Shown here: positions 1-12,725 of the stretch, one piece after another | Position numbering within the stretch: the first letter of the stretch is position 1 | Layout: each line of letters begins with the position of its first letter | Source: Lama guanicoe | Taxonomy: Eukaryota | DNA: 64,000 nucleotides | NCBI GenBank assembly: GCA_013239625.1 | Contig: MU053379.1 | Location: forward strand, 1,904,866-1,968,865 | Reading direction: 5' to 3' | Program-made: the position numbers and the translations under genes | The notes under the pieces: model-generated | The model's input: only the letters and a program-made list of their open reading frames with translations | What the model was told of the DNA's origin: nothing | Databases searched by the model: none

Positions 1-120
1 GGGGCAGGAGCCGGGCTGCCAGGGCCGGGGGAGGCGCCCCCTCAGAACACAGGTTCCTCCTTCGGCCAGGGCCTGGGAAGCAGCAAATGGTCTGCTCAAA
101 AGGGGTGAAGGCGGTAGTTT

Positions 121-599
121 CGTTACTGAGTCCAAGCTCACGTGCTCGCTGCAGGACAGGCCAGTAAATTGAGGGACAAGTGGTTGAGGCAAGGAGTAGC
201 GACTTTATTCAGAAAGCCCGCAGACCAAGAAGATGGTGGACTTGTGTCCCAGAGAACCGCCTTGCCTGAGTTAGAATTCAGGCTTCTTTTACACTAAAAG
301 GGGAGAGACTAAAGTCAAACGTTTCCTGGTTCCGGTCAGCCTCCGGAGGGGAGGTGCTAATTTCTGCCTTCCTGGTCATTCACAAGTGGGCCCGGGTGTT
401 TCCTGTGAGCTAAACAAGGGATTTTAGCTTAACGCTTATGAGCTGGGAGGCCAGGTTCCCAGAGGTGGGCCATGGTGTATAACTTAAGCTTATGGGCAGC
501 ATCCCTTTGTGATTAACTTACAGGAAAAGCAATAAAATCCAAAGGTGAGAGGAAAAGAACAGACCTAATATAGAGGCAGGTCTGACCTTCCCTGTTACA
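121..599 (-). mobile_element. Solo ERV LTR (ERV1-like)
   Basis: ~480 bp bounded by (c/t)gttac...tgttaca. Minus-strand AATAAA (TTTATT at 204-209). Near 4-bp TSD gttt/gttc. Confidence 0.7.
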
Positions 600-1892
600 G
601 TTCCAGAAAGGTCTGCTTACTGAGAAGTGGGCAGGGTGAGGGGACCAGGAGGAGGAGATGCAGCCCCAGAGTGTAGCTGTCGTGAGGGGCCAGCACCCCC
701 TGTGCCTGGGGAACAAAGGAGGGCAGGCCCCCCACACTGTGAGCCACGGAGGGGTGCTTGACCGGAGAGATGGGCCAGGAGAGGATGAGGCGGGTAAGGG
801 CCCCGGACGCGGTCCTGGCACCTCTCAGCTCCCGCCACCGGCCCTGTGCCCCCAAGGCCGCGGGAGCTGGGTCTGGCCTTTGAGGGTGCAGAGCAGGGGC
901 GGGGGCAGGCAGGCTGTGGGTCAGGAGGGACGGAGGGAGAAAGTCCAGCATGTTCAGTTTTCCTTTTTCATTTTTAAACACAGAACAAAGCTTGTTTCCT
1001 TTGTTTTACAGAAATGGATTCTGGGGAAAGCCAGGAGAAATAAACCCTTGCAATAAGGAGGTGCTGTTTAGGGTTCCTTAGGGCTGGACTTCGCGCCAGG
1101 AGAGAGAGGTGGCCGGGCCCTCCCATGAAGGTTTACTGTTCCTTACTTCTATTTTGATTAACCTTTCTTTCTTTCTTTAATTGTATTTTTAAAATATCCC
1201 GTCAGTATTTCACTATACCATGTATTGGATCACTTTGTCCTGTTATGATTCACACAATGGGAAGAGAAGTTCTAAAGCCCCGCCCTCTCCTGGTGACCAG
1301 AGCGGCTGATCGAGGGGAGCACTGTGAGCCTCTCCAGCTTTGGAAGGCGGTGGTTGACTCCCTGCATCCTCCCCGTCTGTGGCTGGGCTGCACAGGGACG
1401 GAGCCGCAGAAGGAAGCTCACACCACTTTGTTCCTCCAAAGCCGTGGCACACGGGCCACCAAGAGAAAGGCCTTCCTTCATCATCCCATGCAAGAGTCCC
1501 CCCAGGTAGAGATGCCAGCGAGTGGAAGACACGAGATGGCGCAGATGTGCAGCCACAGTATTTGTCAGCTGCAGGGACTTCTGCAGAATAAGCAAGAGAA
1601 CGCCAGCATGTGTCACACCCAGCACACCGCTGAGACCCCATGTCAGCCCTGCGCTCTACAGCCTGGGCGTCAGCGGGGTCCTCGACACCTGCCCCCAGGT
1701 GGAGCTCACTCTGTGTGTTTTGTTCTGCCTCCACTTCTGTGTGGCCCTCCTCCTCATCGTGTCGTGAGGGCGGTCCTGATCTTGTCCGCGCAGCCCCGGG
1801 ACCCCCTGCCGCCTCCTTGGCTCATCGCGCTCTGGCGGTCTACACGCATGTCCTTGTGCTGCCTCCTTTTCTACAAGGTTATGTAGAGACAC

Positions 1893-3130
1893 GTTCATTC
1901 ATTCAGTCTGTATTCAGTGGGCATCCACTGTGCGTCACCCCTTCTGTGTTCTGGGACCTGTGGACAAGGAAGAAAAAGCCAGAGTTTCTACCTCCTGGAG
2001 CCTCCATCTGGGGTTGGGGAGGGGAGGGCAGTGAAGACAAACAACACTGTGACACGCACGAGGCAAGGACAGTGTGCTAGGAAGTGGTAGGTGCTGTGAA
2101 AAACAGAACCAAGTAAGAGGATTCGGTCCCTGAGAAGGTGACAGGTGAGCAGTCTCTGAAGAAGGTGCAGGAGGGAGCCGTGGAGCCGCGTGTCTGAGGA
2201 TGAGCAGAGGGGCCAGACAGCCTGCGTGGTGGGTCCACTGGACGGTGCAGAGTCCACGTGGCTGGGGAGGAGCGGGGGTGAGGGGAGAGAGAGGGGAAAA
2301 CTTTTCCTGTGGATGGAGAGCCACTTCTTGGACCAAGAAGTGGTGTGACCAGTTTTAATGTGTTTAAAGGATCGACCAGAATGTGGGTTGAAAATAAAAT
2401 GTAGGGGATGAGGGTGGAGAGCGGCAGACTTGGGAGATTATGAAAATGGTTTTGGCTCAGAGCAGGGTGGTGACAAGGGAGGGTGTGAGGAGACGGCAGA
2501 TTTTGGCTCTGGCTTGAAGGCGGCAGCGACAGGCTGAAGGGATGGATGTGGGTGAGAGAAAATATAAGATCTGGGAATTCTGCAAGGGCTGATGGAGCAG
2601 ACCCTGGGCGTTCTGTTTTGGAAATGTTGACTCTCGGGTGCGCACTAGGATTCAAGAAGAAATGACGAGGAGGAAGCTGAAGTGTGCACCCGGAGTTCAG
2701 CGGACAGCTCAAGGCTGGAGGCAAGAACCGACAACTCAGCATCAGACGCAAGCTGGTACTTACAGTTTCCTGACGGAGAACCCCCCGTGGAGTGAGCATG
2801 GACAGAGGGGGTGTGCCCTGTGGGGAGCCCGCAAAGCAGACTGGAAGGAGCGGCCAGTGACAGGCTGGGAGGACCACAGGATGTGGTCAGTCCTGGAAGC
2901 CCAGTGCCCGGGGAGGAGGCAGTGGGCAGGGGAGAGGAACCCCGCTGATACATCGGTGATGCCAAGGCCACTGGTGACAGGGCCACGAGCAGTCTCACTG
3001 CTGGTGGGGACGAGTTCCTGATTGCAATGTGCTCAGAAGAGGATGGAGTGGGAAGAACTGGACCATAGAGATCATTTAGGTAACGCTTTTGAGAAGTTTT
3101 GCTGCAAAAGGGCGAAGAGAAATAGTTCAG
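1893..3130 (-). mobile_element. L2 LINE fragment(s)
   Basis: Starts with the ttcattcattca tail followed by purine-rich, diverged L2-like sequence. Boundaries approximate. Confidence 0.65.
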
Positions 3131-4251
3131 TATCTCATGGGAAAGGTGGGAATGAGAGGGCTTCCTACAGTCAGAAAAGCACCCGGTGTCTTTGTGTTCT
3201 GGTGGAGTGGTCTTTGCTCACCCGAGCGTAAACGTATTGACTTTACCGATACTTTCTCTTTTTCGCTTAATATAGTTATTCCACGACTTCATCCCACAGG
3301 TGTGCCTTTCCTGCCACAGCAGACCCACCGCCATCGCTCCTCTAGGAACTGCCCAGTAAGGCGTCCCTGAGCTCCCGCTTTAGCTCATCTGCTCGCTGGG
3401 CGGGTGTAAGCCTCTGACAGAGCTCAGCAGTACGCCTGCTGCTGCCGGGGTCACTGCAGCGTTTGATTGTATCCTGTTACGTTGCTGCGAAGGCTGTTTT
3501 GTATGTACTGCTGTTAAATTTATTATTTCGTTTACCAGGCAGTGGGAGGTATGGGATCACTGGGGACAGGCAAGACCTCTTTTTCTAGGTCTGCTCCAGA
3601 AATGCTTCTTCCCCCTCATGGCGGACTCTCCCCGGTCTGTTAGTCTGTGGTCGGGAGCTCGTTCGTGAGTCCTGCGTCGGCCGTTTGGCCCGTTCCATCT
3701 GCTTTATACACAGTGCGCACTGTCCTCTCACCTGTGCTATTTCAAGGTCAAGATTTTGACCTTGGCAGCATGCAGGGACCCTCTGTGATCTGACATGTGA
3801 AAGTTTGCTCGTTCTGGCTTGGAGGCCTGTCCTGTTGCTGGGCATCCCTTGAGCTGGTTGCAATCTGTGTTTAATAATCTGGAGTCTCTAAACATGACCT
3901 TAATGGGAAAGGGCTCTTAACACACATCATAAACATTTGATACTCCGTTCATCATGGCATGATTCTTGGACTAACCGGATCACACAGTCGTATTTTGAAA
4001 CGTAGTTACGCCTTCATGTGGAATCAGCCTAGCCGTTTGCGGGGACGAAGTGCTGGTGTTTCTCAGCCAAAGATTTCCCAGGCAGGTTGGCTGGGGAGGG
4101 CCCCCCGGCCTCTGGGCTTGGACCTGCTAAGACTCCGCAGGGCTGGTTTTTCTTCGTGCCAGACGGCGGGCAGGGGGATGGTCAGAAACTTGGCAGAGCT
4201 GTGCCTTGGCTGGTTAGATGGTCCCTTACTGTCCAGAGCCTCAAAGTGAGG

Positions 4252-4715
4252 TGCTGCAGACTGCAAGGCTGGGTCCCCCCAAATTTATCTGTTGAAGTCC
4301 TACTTAGCTTAGATGAGGTCATGAGGTTGAAGCACCCACGGTAGGATTAGCGCCCTGTAGTAAGAGGAAGCGGTCAGATCAGAGCCCTGTCTCCCCGGGA
4401 GAGGGCGACTGTCTGCAAACCGGGAAGGGGCTCAGAGGTCGCAGCTTCTGAACCTGACCTTGGACCTCCAGTCTCCAGAACCATGAGGGAGCAACGCCTG
4501 CGGGGTAAGCCACCCAGTCTGTGGTGTTTGGGGTTGGTTTGTTTGTTTGTCTGGAGGGGAGGTAATTAGGTCCATTTATTTATTATCGTGGAGGCACCGG
4601 GGATTGAACCCAGGACCCTGGGCACACTAGGCATGTGCTCTGCCACTGAGCTGTACCCTCCCATAATCTGTGCTATTTTGTTGCAACAGCTTCTTACACC
4701 AAACCGACTATGACA
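4252..4715 (+). mobile_element. MaLR LTR (MLT1A-like), interrupted by a SINE
   Basis: MLT1 motifs ccccccaaattta..tgttgaagtcct, ggacctccagtctccagaaccatgag and taagccacccagtctgtgg. The element resumes after 4662. Confidence 0.75.
4530..4662 (-). mobile_element. tRNA-derived SINE (camelid Vic-1-like)
   Basis: Reverse complement reads gggagggtacagctcagtggcagagc (A box) ... gggttcaatcccc (B box), then an A-rich linker, cctaattacctcccc and a (caaa)n tail. Confidence 0.85.
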
Positions 4716-5394
4716 TGGCAGAAATGCACGTTGTTCCCTAAGTACTTTAGGGGGAAAAAAAGTCAACTTTCAAGCAACCAGGATCTTATGAATATGCTTA
4801 ATAATTAGCTCCCTTTACATAGGACCCAGGTTGGAGGGGCTCCCAGGGGACAAATCTGGAACAGTTTGAACAGCAAAATATATAAGGACGGGAATGATGT
4901 ATAAAACATGGGAATCCATGATTCCGTACTTACAGCAAACGGAGAAGTGAACGGGGAGCAGGAGGGCTCTCGCCTACGGCAGAGGGACCGGCTGGAAGTG
5001 CAGCGAAGGTGCTGCAGTGGGGACGTCACCACCGGAAGCACGGGCTCGGGCAAAAGGCATCCAATCTGGGGCGGAAAATCTAGGGGAAGGTTGTGATGAG
5101 GAAGAGGATATTTATGTGGTCTTAACAGTGTCTTTCACAGATTGCTTATAAATAGCAAGAGGAAAAATCGTACCTCTCCAGTGAGTAAATCCAAGCTGTA
5201 CGTTGATTGGAATTACCTTGACTCAAAGTTGACATTGCTGATGCGACCAGGTGGTCAGGTGCCCTCCAGAGGTCATGAAGTCATGCTCTGGAAGGAAAGG
5301 GGACTTTTGCCTCCGTGGTGTTCCGGCCAGAAGGGCACAACCTGAATCTAAGGATGAGGCAGCACCAGAAAAGCCTGACAAGAGACATCCCCTT

Positions 5395-5629
5395 AGTTTG
5401 AGATTTGCAAATGTTAGCCACTATGAAAAAAAAGCCACTATATATAAAAATAGATTTTAAACAGTTCCTTCTGTACAGCACAGGGAACTATGTTTAGTGT
5501 CTTGTAATAACCTTTCATGAAAAAGAATATGAAAACAAATACATGTATGTATATGCAGGACTGGGACACTGCTCTACACCAGAAACTGGCACATTGTAAC
5601 TGACTCTACTTCAATTAAAAAAAAAAAAA
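5395..5629 (+). mobile_element. Young 5'-truncated L1 3' end with poly(A) and TSD
   Basis: cagcacagggaactat...cattgtaactgactctacttcaatt followed by an A-run. TSD aagagacatcccctt (5380-5394) / aagaaacatcccctt (5628-5642). Confidence 0.9.
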
Positions 5630-6004
5630 GAAACATCCCCTTTAAACAAGGAATTGTGTCCTTCCTGAAGGCCAGTGTCACGGAGGGCGGAAAGGCAGAG
5701 GAGCTGTCCCAGGTCAGAGACGAGTTGGGGGGTGGGGGGTGCAGCTCTGTGCAGACCTTGACCAGATCCTGTCCTGGGGGGAGAACTTCTCTGATGGACA
5801 TTATGGAATCAATTAACAAAGTTTGAATGTGGACAGTAGATTAGATAAAAGAATCATATCAATGATAAACTTACTGAAATTAAGTGTGCCTTGGTCATGT
5901 GAAAGAGTGTCAGTATTACTGGGAAGGAAGCATTGAAATATTTACCGTAGGTAGATGTAGGGCCGTGATGTATGCAGCTTACTGTGGAATAGCTCAGAAA
6001 TAAT

Positions 6005-6152
6005 GATGGATGGATGGATGGATGGGCAGGTGGATGGATGGGTGGGGTGGATAGGTGGGGGTGTGGGGAGGTAGATTAGATAGCTAGATAGATAGATGGG
6101 GAGGTAGGTAGATGGAAGTTGATGAATATAGATAGAAATTATGTAGATAGAT
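6005..6152. repeat. (GGAT)n/(AGAT)n degenerate simple repeat
   Basis: Directly visible tetranucleotide runs. Confidence 0.8.
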
Positions 6153-6294
6153 AATAGAGTGCTAAAATGGGGCAGAATATTGACAGTAGGTGAATCTGGA
6201 TAAAGGGTTTGTGGGAATTCAATGTACGATCCTTGCAGTATTTCTGTGAGTTTGAAATCACTTGTAAAAATAAATAAGGCCCCTTTGTTGGTGG

Positions 6295-6880
6295 GTTGAT
6301 TGATTCACTCATTTGTGGATGAGTTTGTGGAAGATCGGTTAGGTCCTGTTTTCCATACAGTGAGCCGCCCAGACAAGCCCCTGGTTCTCGTGAAGCTTCT
6401 GTTCTAGGGGGAGGCGACAATAAAGGAACACGGGAAAGTGTCTGATGGTAATCAGTACTACGGAGAAGGGAACCGGGTCATGAGGTGGTCCTGTGGGTCA
6501 CGGGAGGGGCCTGTTTAGATTGGGGCCGTGGTGGGGGAATGGAAACCCTGCTATGGAGGAGTCTGTCCTGTATCTACTGGGAAGAACATTCCAGGTGGGG
6601 GGACCAGCCCCTGCAGAGACCCACCAGCAGGGCAGAGATGGGCGTGCTTCTGGAGCAGAGAAGGACATTGCACCCGGGCTCAGGGACAGGGCGGGGTCAG
6701 AACTCTGGGCAGGGCCGACCACGTGAGGTCTCGTCAGCCACAGTAAGGCCCTGGGACTGTATGCTAAGCAGGAGAGGAAGCAGATGGGGGTTTGGGAGAA
6801 TGGAAGTGACATCAATGAATTCATGTACCCAAGGTCACTCTGGTTACCTCATGGAGTGTCATTTGTAGGGGGACACTGAG
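6295..6880 (-). mobile_element. L2 fragment
   Basis: ttgattcactcattt tail-like start and purine-rich L2-like body, parallel to 1893-3130. Confidence 0.5.
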
Positions 6881-7696
6881 CAGGAGAAGAAGCCAGGGGG
6901 CCCCCACGGCGACCCCCCCAGGCACCAGGAGCGGCAGCCCGGGCGTCCCTCCCCTGGGCCATCCTCCCTGCCCCACTGGTGCAACCGTCTGTAGGAGTAC
7001 AGGTGACAGGACAAACACACTGTCTCCTTTTTGTCTTTTATACCAAAAACCTGCCTTTAGTGCAGAAACTCAGTGCCTCTCAGCAACTCTAAAAATTGAC
7101 CAGATTTCTTTTTCCAACATTACTTTGACACATGCCAAGAATGACAAAAATGCATCTCTCTCCAATTTTTTTTCTTTTTTCTTTTTTGCTCTTGAACTAG
7201 TTTCAGGCTGGAGTGTTGGGGAAGAATAAATAGAAACCCAAAATGTGGCTAGAGAGGCCCGGTTCCACAGGGAGGAAGCCGCCCGAGATTCCAGGGGAGT
7301 ATCAGGGGTCCTGGAGCCCCTAAAATCATACAGGGTGACAAGGGCAGTCTGTGCCTCGTGGAATATTTTAAAAGAAATGAAGGCTGTAGTTTCCTTGTTA
7401 ACGGATTCCCACCTCTGCTTTGACCCTATGTCATCATCCACCCTTTCCTAGAACCTGGAATTCTGAACTCTGGGGAGCCAAGAAGGTTTATGGAAGACCC
7501 TCTAAATAGCCTCCCCCCTGGTGTCCGATTGCTGGGACTTCTCTGTAGCCGGCCAGACGGGCCCAGTGACTGGGTGTTCATGGCTGAGGGATGGATGTTT
7601 TGTTGAGACATGATCTTGCTGAAGTGGAAATGTGAGGCCAAGAGAAGGGGGCTCCAGTGCAATGGTGATTCTTTAAAGAGTGGGCAGCTGTTAGAT

Positions 7697-7838
7697 GGGG
7701 AGGGTACAGCTCAGGTGGCAGAGTGAGTGCTTAGCGTACACAAGGTCCTGGGTTCAATCCCCCGTACCTCCTCTAAAAATAAATAAATAAGTACCCAAAT
7801 TACTTCTTCCCCAAAAATAAAAAATTAAAAGAAAAAAA
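7697..7838 (+). mobile_element. tRNA-derived SINE (Vic-1-like)
   Basis: ggggagggtacagctcagg...ggttcaatcccc with an A-rich tail. TSD agtgggcagct at 7679-7689 and 7839-7849. Confidence 0.9.
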
Positions 7839-8584
7839 AGTGGGCAGCTCTTGAAAGAGACTTGAAACGTGAGGCCGTGTGTTTGTCTGTCTGTCTGTGG
7901 CGTAGGCACAGAGGGACAACAGTGTCTTTGGAAAGATGTTGACCTGTGACGTCGGCTATTTTGATGGTTATGAAGAGTGGTGCCTTTCCTCTTCCCTGGG
8001 TGGGTTTACCTGCCCTAAAGTGGTGCTACAACCAGGGGGCCAAGGGTTAGGGTCCGTGAAGCCGACTCATTGGGGGGTGGGGAGGTGACCCCAGACAGAC
8101 ACCCCATGCGTGTCTGGGGCAGGGAGGCTCGGCCTAGTGCGGCGACGGAGGGGGAGTGGGAGGGAGTTACTTCACCAGGGCGGTCTGTGCGTCAAGAGGA
8201 ATCAGAGAACTGGAGAGGAATGGGATTTTTTAAAAGGCGTAAGTAAGTTTGTGCTTGTGAATTTGCATTTTGTTGTGCAAACAGAATGTTGCAGGGTCCA
8301 GTCTTGCTAATTTTAACTTTTTTGCAGTGTGAACAGGTGAATCCATCATCCAACAGGGTCATTTAAGAAAACTGGAAGGGAAGAAAGCAACGTTAGCGTA
8401 ACTGTTGCTCACTCTCTTACGTACCTTCGGGCCTAGTAAATGATCCCCCAGGGACCCTGACTTTGATTTTTGGATGTAGACACAAGGTCCTCGAGCAGCA
8501 GTGACATGTGAGATCTCACTGCCTGTGACCATTTATGGTGAAAGAAGACAACAAAAGAGATGGTTGCACAAGCCTGTGAATGTA

Positions 8585-9915
8585 CAGCCGTCCCTTGGTA
8601 CCCGAAAGGGATTGGTTCCTCAGATACTAACACCTCTGGATGCTCAAGTCCCCTGTAGAAAACAGTGTAGTGTTTGCGCGTAACCTATGCACATCCTTCC
8701 GTATACTTTAAAAAAGTATTTTTTATTGAAGTACGGTCAATTTACAATGCTGTGTAAGTTTCTGATGTATAGCATAGTAGAGTCAATTTTATATGTATAC
8801 ATACACACACTGTCTATAATATATTATATTATACGTTATATAAAATATATTATATACTATAAAATATGTATTTTGTATATTTCATATATTGTATATATAA
8901 TATATACATTCCTTTTCATATCTTTTTTCATTATAGGCCATTGCAAGGTACTGAATATAGTTCCCTGTGCTGTACAGGAGGACCTTGTTGTTCATCTATT
9001 TTATACATAGTCGTTAGTGTCTGCAAATCCCAAACTCCCAATTTGTTCCTCCCCACCCCCTTTCCCCCCTGGTAACCATAAGTTTATTTTCTATGTCTGT
9101 GAGTCTGTTTCTGTTTTGTAAATAAGTTCATGTGTGTCCTTTTTTTAGATTCCACATGTAAGTGATCTCATATGGTGTTCTTCTTTTTCTTTCTGACTTA
9201 CTTCACTTAGAATGACTGTCTCCAGGTCCATTCATGTTGCTGCTAAAGGCATTATTTTATTCCTTTTTATGGCTGAGATATATTCTGTTGTGTATATATG
9301 CCACATCTTCTTTATTGATTCATCTGTCGGTGGACATTTAGGTTGTTTCCATGTCTTGGCTGTTGTAAATAGTGCTGCTGTGAACACTGGGGTGGATGTA
9401 TCCTTTTGAATTAGAGTTCCCTCCAGATATATGCCCAGGAGTGGGATTGCTGGATCATATGGTGACTCTACTTTTAGTTTTTTAAGGAACCTCCATACTG
9501 TCCTCCATAGTGGCTGCACCAAATTACATTCCCACCAACGGTGTGGGAGGGCTCCCTTTTCTCCACACCCTCTCCAGCATTTGTCGTTTGTGGACTTTTG
9601 ACTGATGGCCATTCTGAATGGTGTGAGGTGATACCTCGTTGTAGTTTTGATTTGCATTTCTCTGATAATTAACAACATCGAGCATCTTCTCATGTGCCAG
9701 TTGGCCATCTGTATGTCTTCGTTAACACATCCTCCCATATACTTCAAATTATCTCTAAATTACTTATAATGCCTAATACAATGTAAATGTCATGTAAATA
9801 GTTGCCAGAGTGAGGCAAATTCAAGTTTTGCTTTGTAGAACTTTTAAAAAATACTTTTAGTTCCTGGTTGGTTGAATCTGTAGGTGTAGAACCGGGGGGT
9901 TCAGAGGGCTGAGTG
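8585..9915 (+). mobile_element. MER2-like Tigger DNA transposon, split by an L1
   Basis: TA|cagccgtccctt...gagggctgagtg|TA termini. Internal MER2 motifs ggatgctcaagtccc and tacttataatgcctaatacaatgtaaat. Confidence 0.85.
8717..9721 (-). mobile_element. Young 5'-truncated L1 (ORF2 C-terminus plus 3'UTR)
   Basis: ORF 9232-9747 encodes an ORF2 Cys-rich remnant ([28 protein letters not shown]). TSD cacatccttccgtatacttt (8690-8709) / cacatcctcccatatacttc (9726-9745). Confidence 0.92.
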
Positions 9916-10499
9916 TATTAGAAAGGTTGACCAGCACATTTTAAATGAGTGGAGGGTATGATATGTGAATCGTATTTGAATAAAGCTGTTAGAAAAAAAA
10001 GACAGCAAAAGAGAAATAGATAGATTTGACATGAAGAAATCAAAATTTTAAAAGCCACAAAGGAGATGAAACACACACACGGGTGCTCATTGTCTTCCGT
10101 GGAATACAGTTCATCTGTTGTAGAGATTTGATGCTGGCAGAAAGGTCCCTAAGCTGGACTGTGGGAATAGCTTTCAGAACCAGGGACATACTGTCTTTAG
10201 GATTCTCAGTGGGGTCAAACGTCTTCGGAGGGTGGCTTGCTTTTTGGAAACAGCTAAAATGATTCAAAGGTAGGTTTGGTGATGAAGCATGTGATCAAGC
10301 TGAGAAATATCAATGCAGTAAAAGAAATAATAATAAAGTGCTATAAAGTAGGACAGCAGACATTTTCTTCTGGGAGATCTTACACTGACTCCATAAATGA
10401 TAACCTTTTCACCAGTGAAATTAGCTAGTCTTCAGACACCAAGATTGGATGTCAAGATACACGTGACCATCTTATGATTTGTGAACGACCCATGTGGTT

Positions 10500-10790
10500 G
10501 TCTTAGCTAGGTTCCTCTGAAAGCCCACTCTATCAGGCCAGTGAAGGGAGTGTTCACAGCAAGTGAACAACAGCAGGTGGGCAGCTGGGGTCCACTGTCA
10601 CCAGGCGAGTCTGGGAGCTTCTGTGGAACATGCCCCTGTGTTACCCAAGCCTGGGAGTGAGGGAGCCGGGGCGTTCATACACAGGTTTGTGTCTCCTCTG
10701 TTGAGCACTGCTGGACTGCCCTGCACACGGGCTGTGGTGCCCTCCCCACCAGAAACAGAGCACTCAGGCAGAGTTAGCAGTGCTAGTAGC
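10500..10790 (-). mobile_element. ERVL LTR (LTR16/LTR33-like), degraded
   Basis: Terminus gtcttagctaggttcctctgaaagc resembles the copies at 32015 and 43141. Confidence 0.45.
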
Positions 10791-10811
10791 ACCTACCACT
10801 TTAGTCTAAAT

Positions 10812-10997
10812 CAGAGCTGTCTGGTAGAACTTTCTTTGATGGAAATGTTCTATAATCTGCACTGTATAGTAAGACAGCTACTAGCCACCTTGAAATATGA
10901 TTAATGTGATTAAAGAGCTGATTTTTAAATTGTACTTAATTTTAATTAAATATAAATAGCTACATACATCCAGTGGCTGCTATCATGGACAGCGCAC
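10812..10997 (+). mobile_element. MER3-like hAT-Charlie MITE
   Basis: tagaactttct..gatggaaatgttcta and cagtggctgctatcatggacagcgca motifs. 8-bp TSD gtctaaat/gtctaagt. Confidence 0.8.
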
Positions 10998-11955
10998 GTC
11001 TAAGTCGACTAGCAGAAAGCAAATCCCTCTTAGTCTCAAAGCCAAGCATCAAGATGACTGAAATAGGAGGAGTGGTACCTGAAGATGTACTTTCACTGCC
11101 TGTTACATCTTTGGTCTTTTGCTCTTTAGCTGGATAGGTTTTCAGCATCTCTTAGTGACACAGGTGGTACTTTGTGTGCTCAGCTGAAGAGCTGCTAATT
11201 AACGCAGTTCACGTCTTTCACTGACTGCTGTCTGCATCCTAGCTCTGCGCACAGAGGAGGGTGACATGAGAGCCCTCTGCTGACAGCAGGTCATGCCTGT
11301 AGGGACTCCCCAGTGCCCAGGTCAAGGCTGTGCAGGTAAATATTGTTGCAAGGGGGGTTCTTGGATAATTCATTGGGCTGGATACCTATAATTGGAACAG
11401 CAGTGGTAGGCAATTTTGTTTAGTCCTTTTTAGCTCTGTCGTATTGACCAGCTTTTTCCTTTGGGGATGGTATGATTGAAGACATCAATCAGATCACTGG
11501 GTTTAGGGCATTCAGACGGTTATTCATCTGTCTGAAGAGTGGGCTGAATTACTATCAACTTGTATTGAGAACAGGCAGCAGCGATACAGAGCACACATGA
11601 CAAACGTGTGGGCACCTAACTTCCCTCGTGCTGAGGTCCTCCCCTCCCTTGCCCGAGGCGGACATTACTTGTCAGTCGCCGTGCTCTTTCTCGTGGACCC
11701 AAGATAGAACCTCTGGGTCTTTCTTAACACAACACTTCTGGCAGACATTGAGGTCAATCAACACTTGTGTGTTTAATAAGAAACCATGAGTCGTTTCTGT
11801 CACACCTGACAGAAAAGAGTGAGCGATTCAGAGATCACTTATACGTAAGACACTTTTAATAGACTTTTTGTTGTTGTTTTTTTCCTGACTCTGGGGATTG
11901 AGGGCAGTAATATTATAGCTTATTTCCTCTCCCCTGGCCCTGTCCCCTAGGCTAG

Positions 11956-12129
11956 GGCTCAGCAAACTACCTCTGTTTTTGTAAATAAAATTTTACTGGA
12001 TGTAGCCAGTCGGTATGTGTTGTCCATGGCTGTTCTTTTGGTCCGACGACACAGTCAGGAACATATGGCCCGCAAAGCCTAAAATATTTCCTGTCTATCC
12101 CTTTATAGAAAATGTTTTCTGCCCCCTGA
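11956..12129 (+). mobile_element. MER58A-like hAT-Charlie MITE
   Basis: cagcaaacta..tgtttttgtaaataaaattttactgga and tatggcccgcaaagcctaaaatattt..ccctttatagaaaa motifs. Confidence 0.8.
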
Positions 12130-12399
12130 CTTAGACTCTTCTTTTGAGTTTGTTCCAGGAGAAAAGCGTCCTTCCTGTTGGCTCAGGCAGCAGCTAGAAG
12201 AGGCTGTGCTTGCTCTCTCATGGACCTGGTGAAGCTGGTGAAACTTCCAATCTGCAAACGATTTATGAACTTGATATATGGCCCCAGTGCAAACTTTTTA
12301 ACCCCTGCACATCACAGTTAATTAATTACAGAGATGGAACTTCTGGTGCACACTCTATAAGAATGTGAGCTTGCATAAGCTGGCCTTGGGGTCACATTT

Positions 12400-12596
12400 T
12401 GGATTTGCCGCTGAGTGTGTGGCCTCAGTCCAGATGGCCCCTCTGAGTCTCTGTTTCTCATGAATATGAGAATGTTCAATCACAGTCCTTGTGTGTGGCT
12501 ATAGAGATGGCTTTGCAGGGAGGGTTAAATAAGAAAATGGACTGAAAGTGCTATTCAAGCGTCTCTCACATCGCAGAAGTCCATAAACGGTAGCTC
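12400..12596 (+). mobile_element. MIR SINE
   Basis: Core-like ctctgagtctctgtttctcat and downstream gagggttaaataagaaaatg motif. Confidence 0.55.
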
Positions 12597-12725
12597 TTCT
12601 CAGAGCAGTATGTTTTAGTAAACGAGACAGTGGGCTTGGAGAAAGGGCTTGCTCATAAGAAATTCATAGCTGCCATGTATGTGTCTTGGGGATGTTGTCT
12701 CTCTTTATACTTTGGGAACTCTTTT

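Larger units (their letters stand above)
4770..6278 (+). mobile_element. Old L1 3' region (L1MC-like), interrupted by a young L1
   Basis: Diverged L1M 3'UTR-like sequence resembling 41220-42240. Ends in aaaaataaataa. Confidence 0.6.

Noticed and set aside
7697..7770. tRNA genes (also 4590-4662, 13754-13826, 52403-52474)
   Set aside because: A and B boxes are present, but the copies are mutually diverged and carry SINE tails, with a TSD at one copy. They are SINE heads.
8236..8250. Tandem GTAAGT donor-like sites (other donors near 2144 and 53766)
   Set aside because: No matching acceptor and open frame could be assembled into a credible exon chain.
9232..9747. ORFs with real protein motifs (also 29820, 38014, 44523, 57507, 57865, 60610, 63379)
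   Set aside because: These are decayed L1 ORF2 remnants, not host genes.
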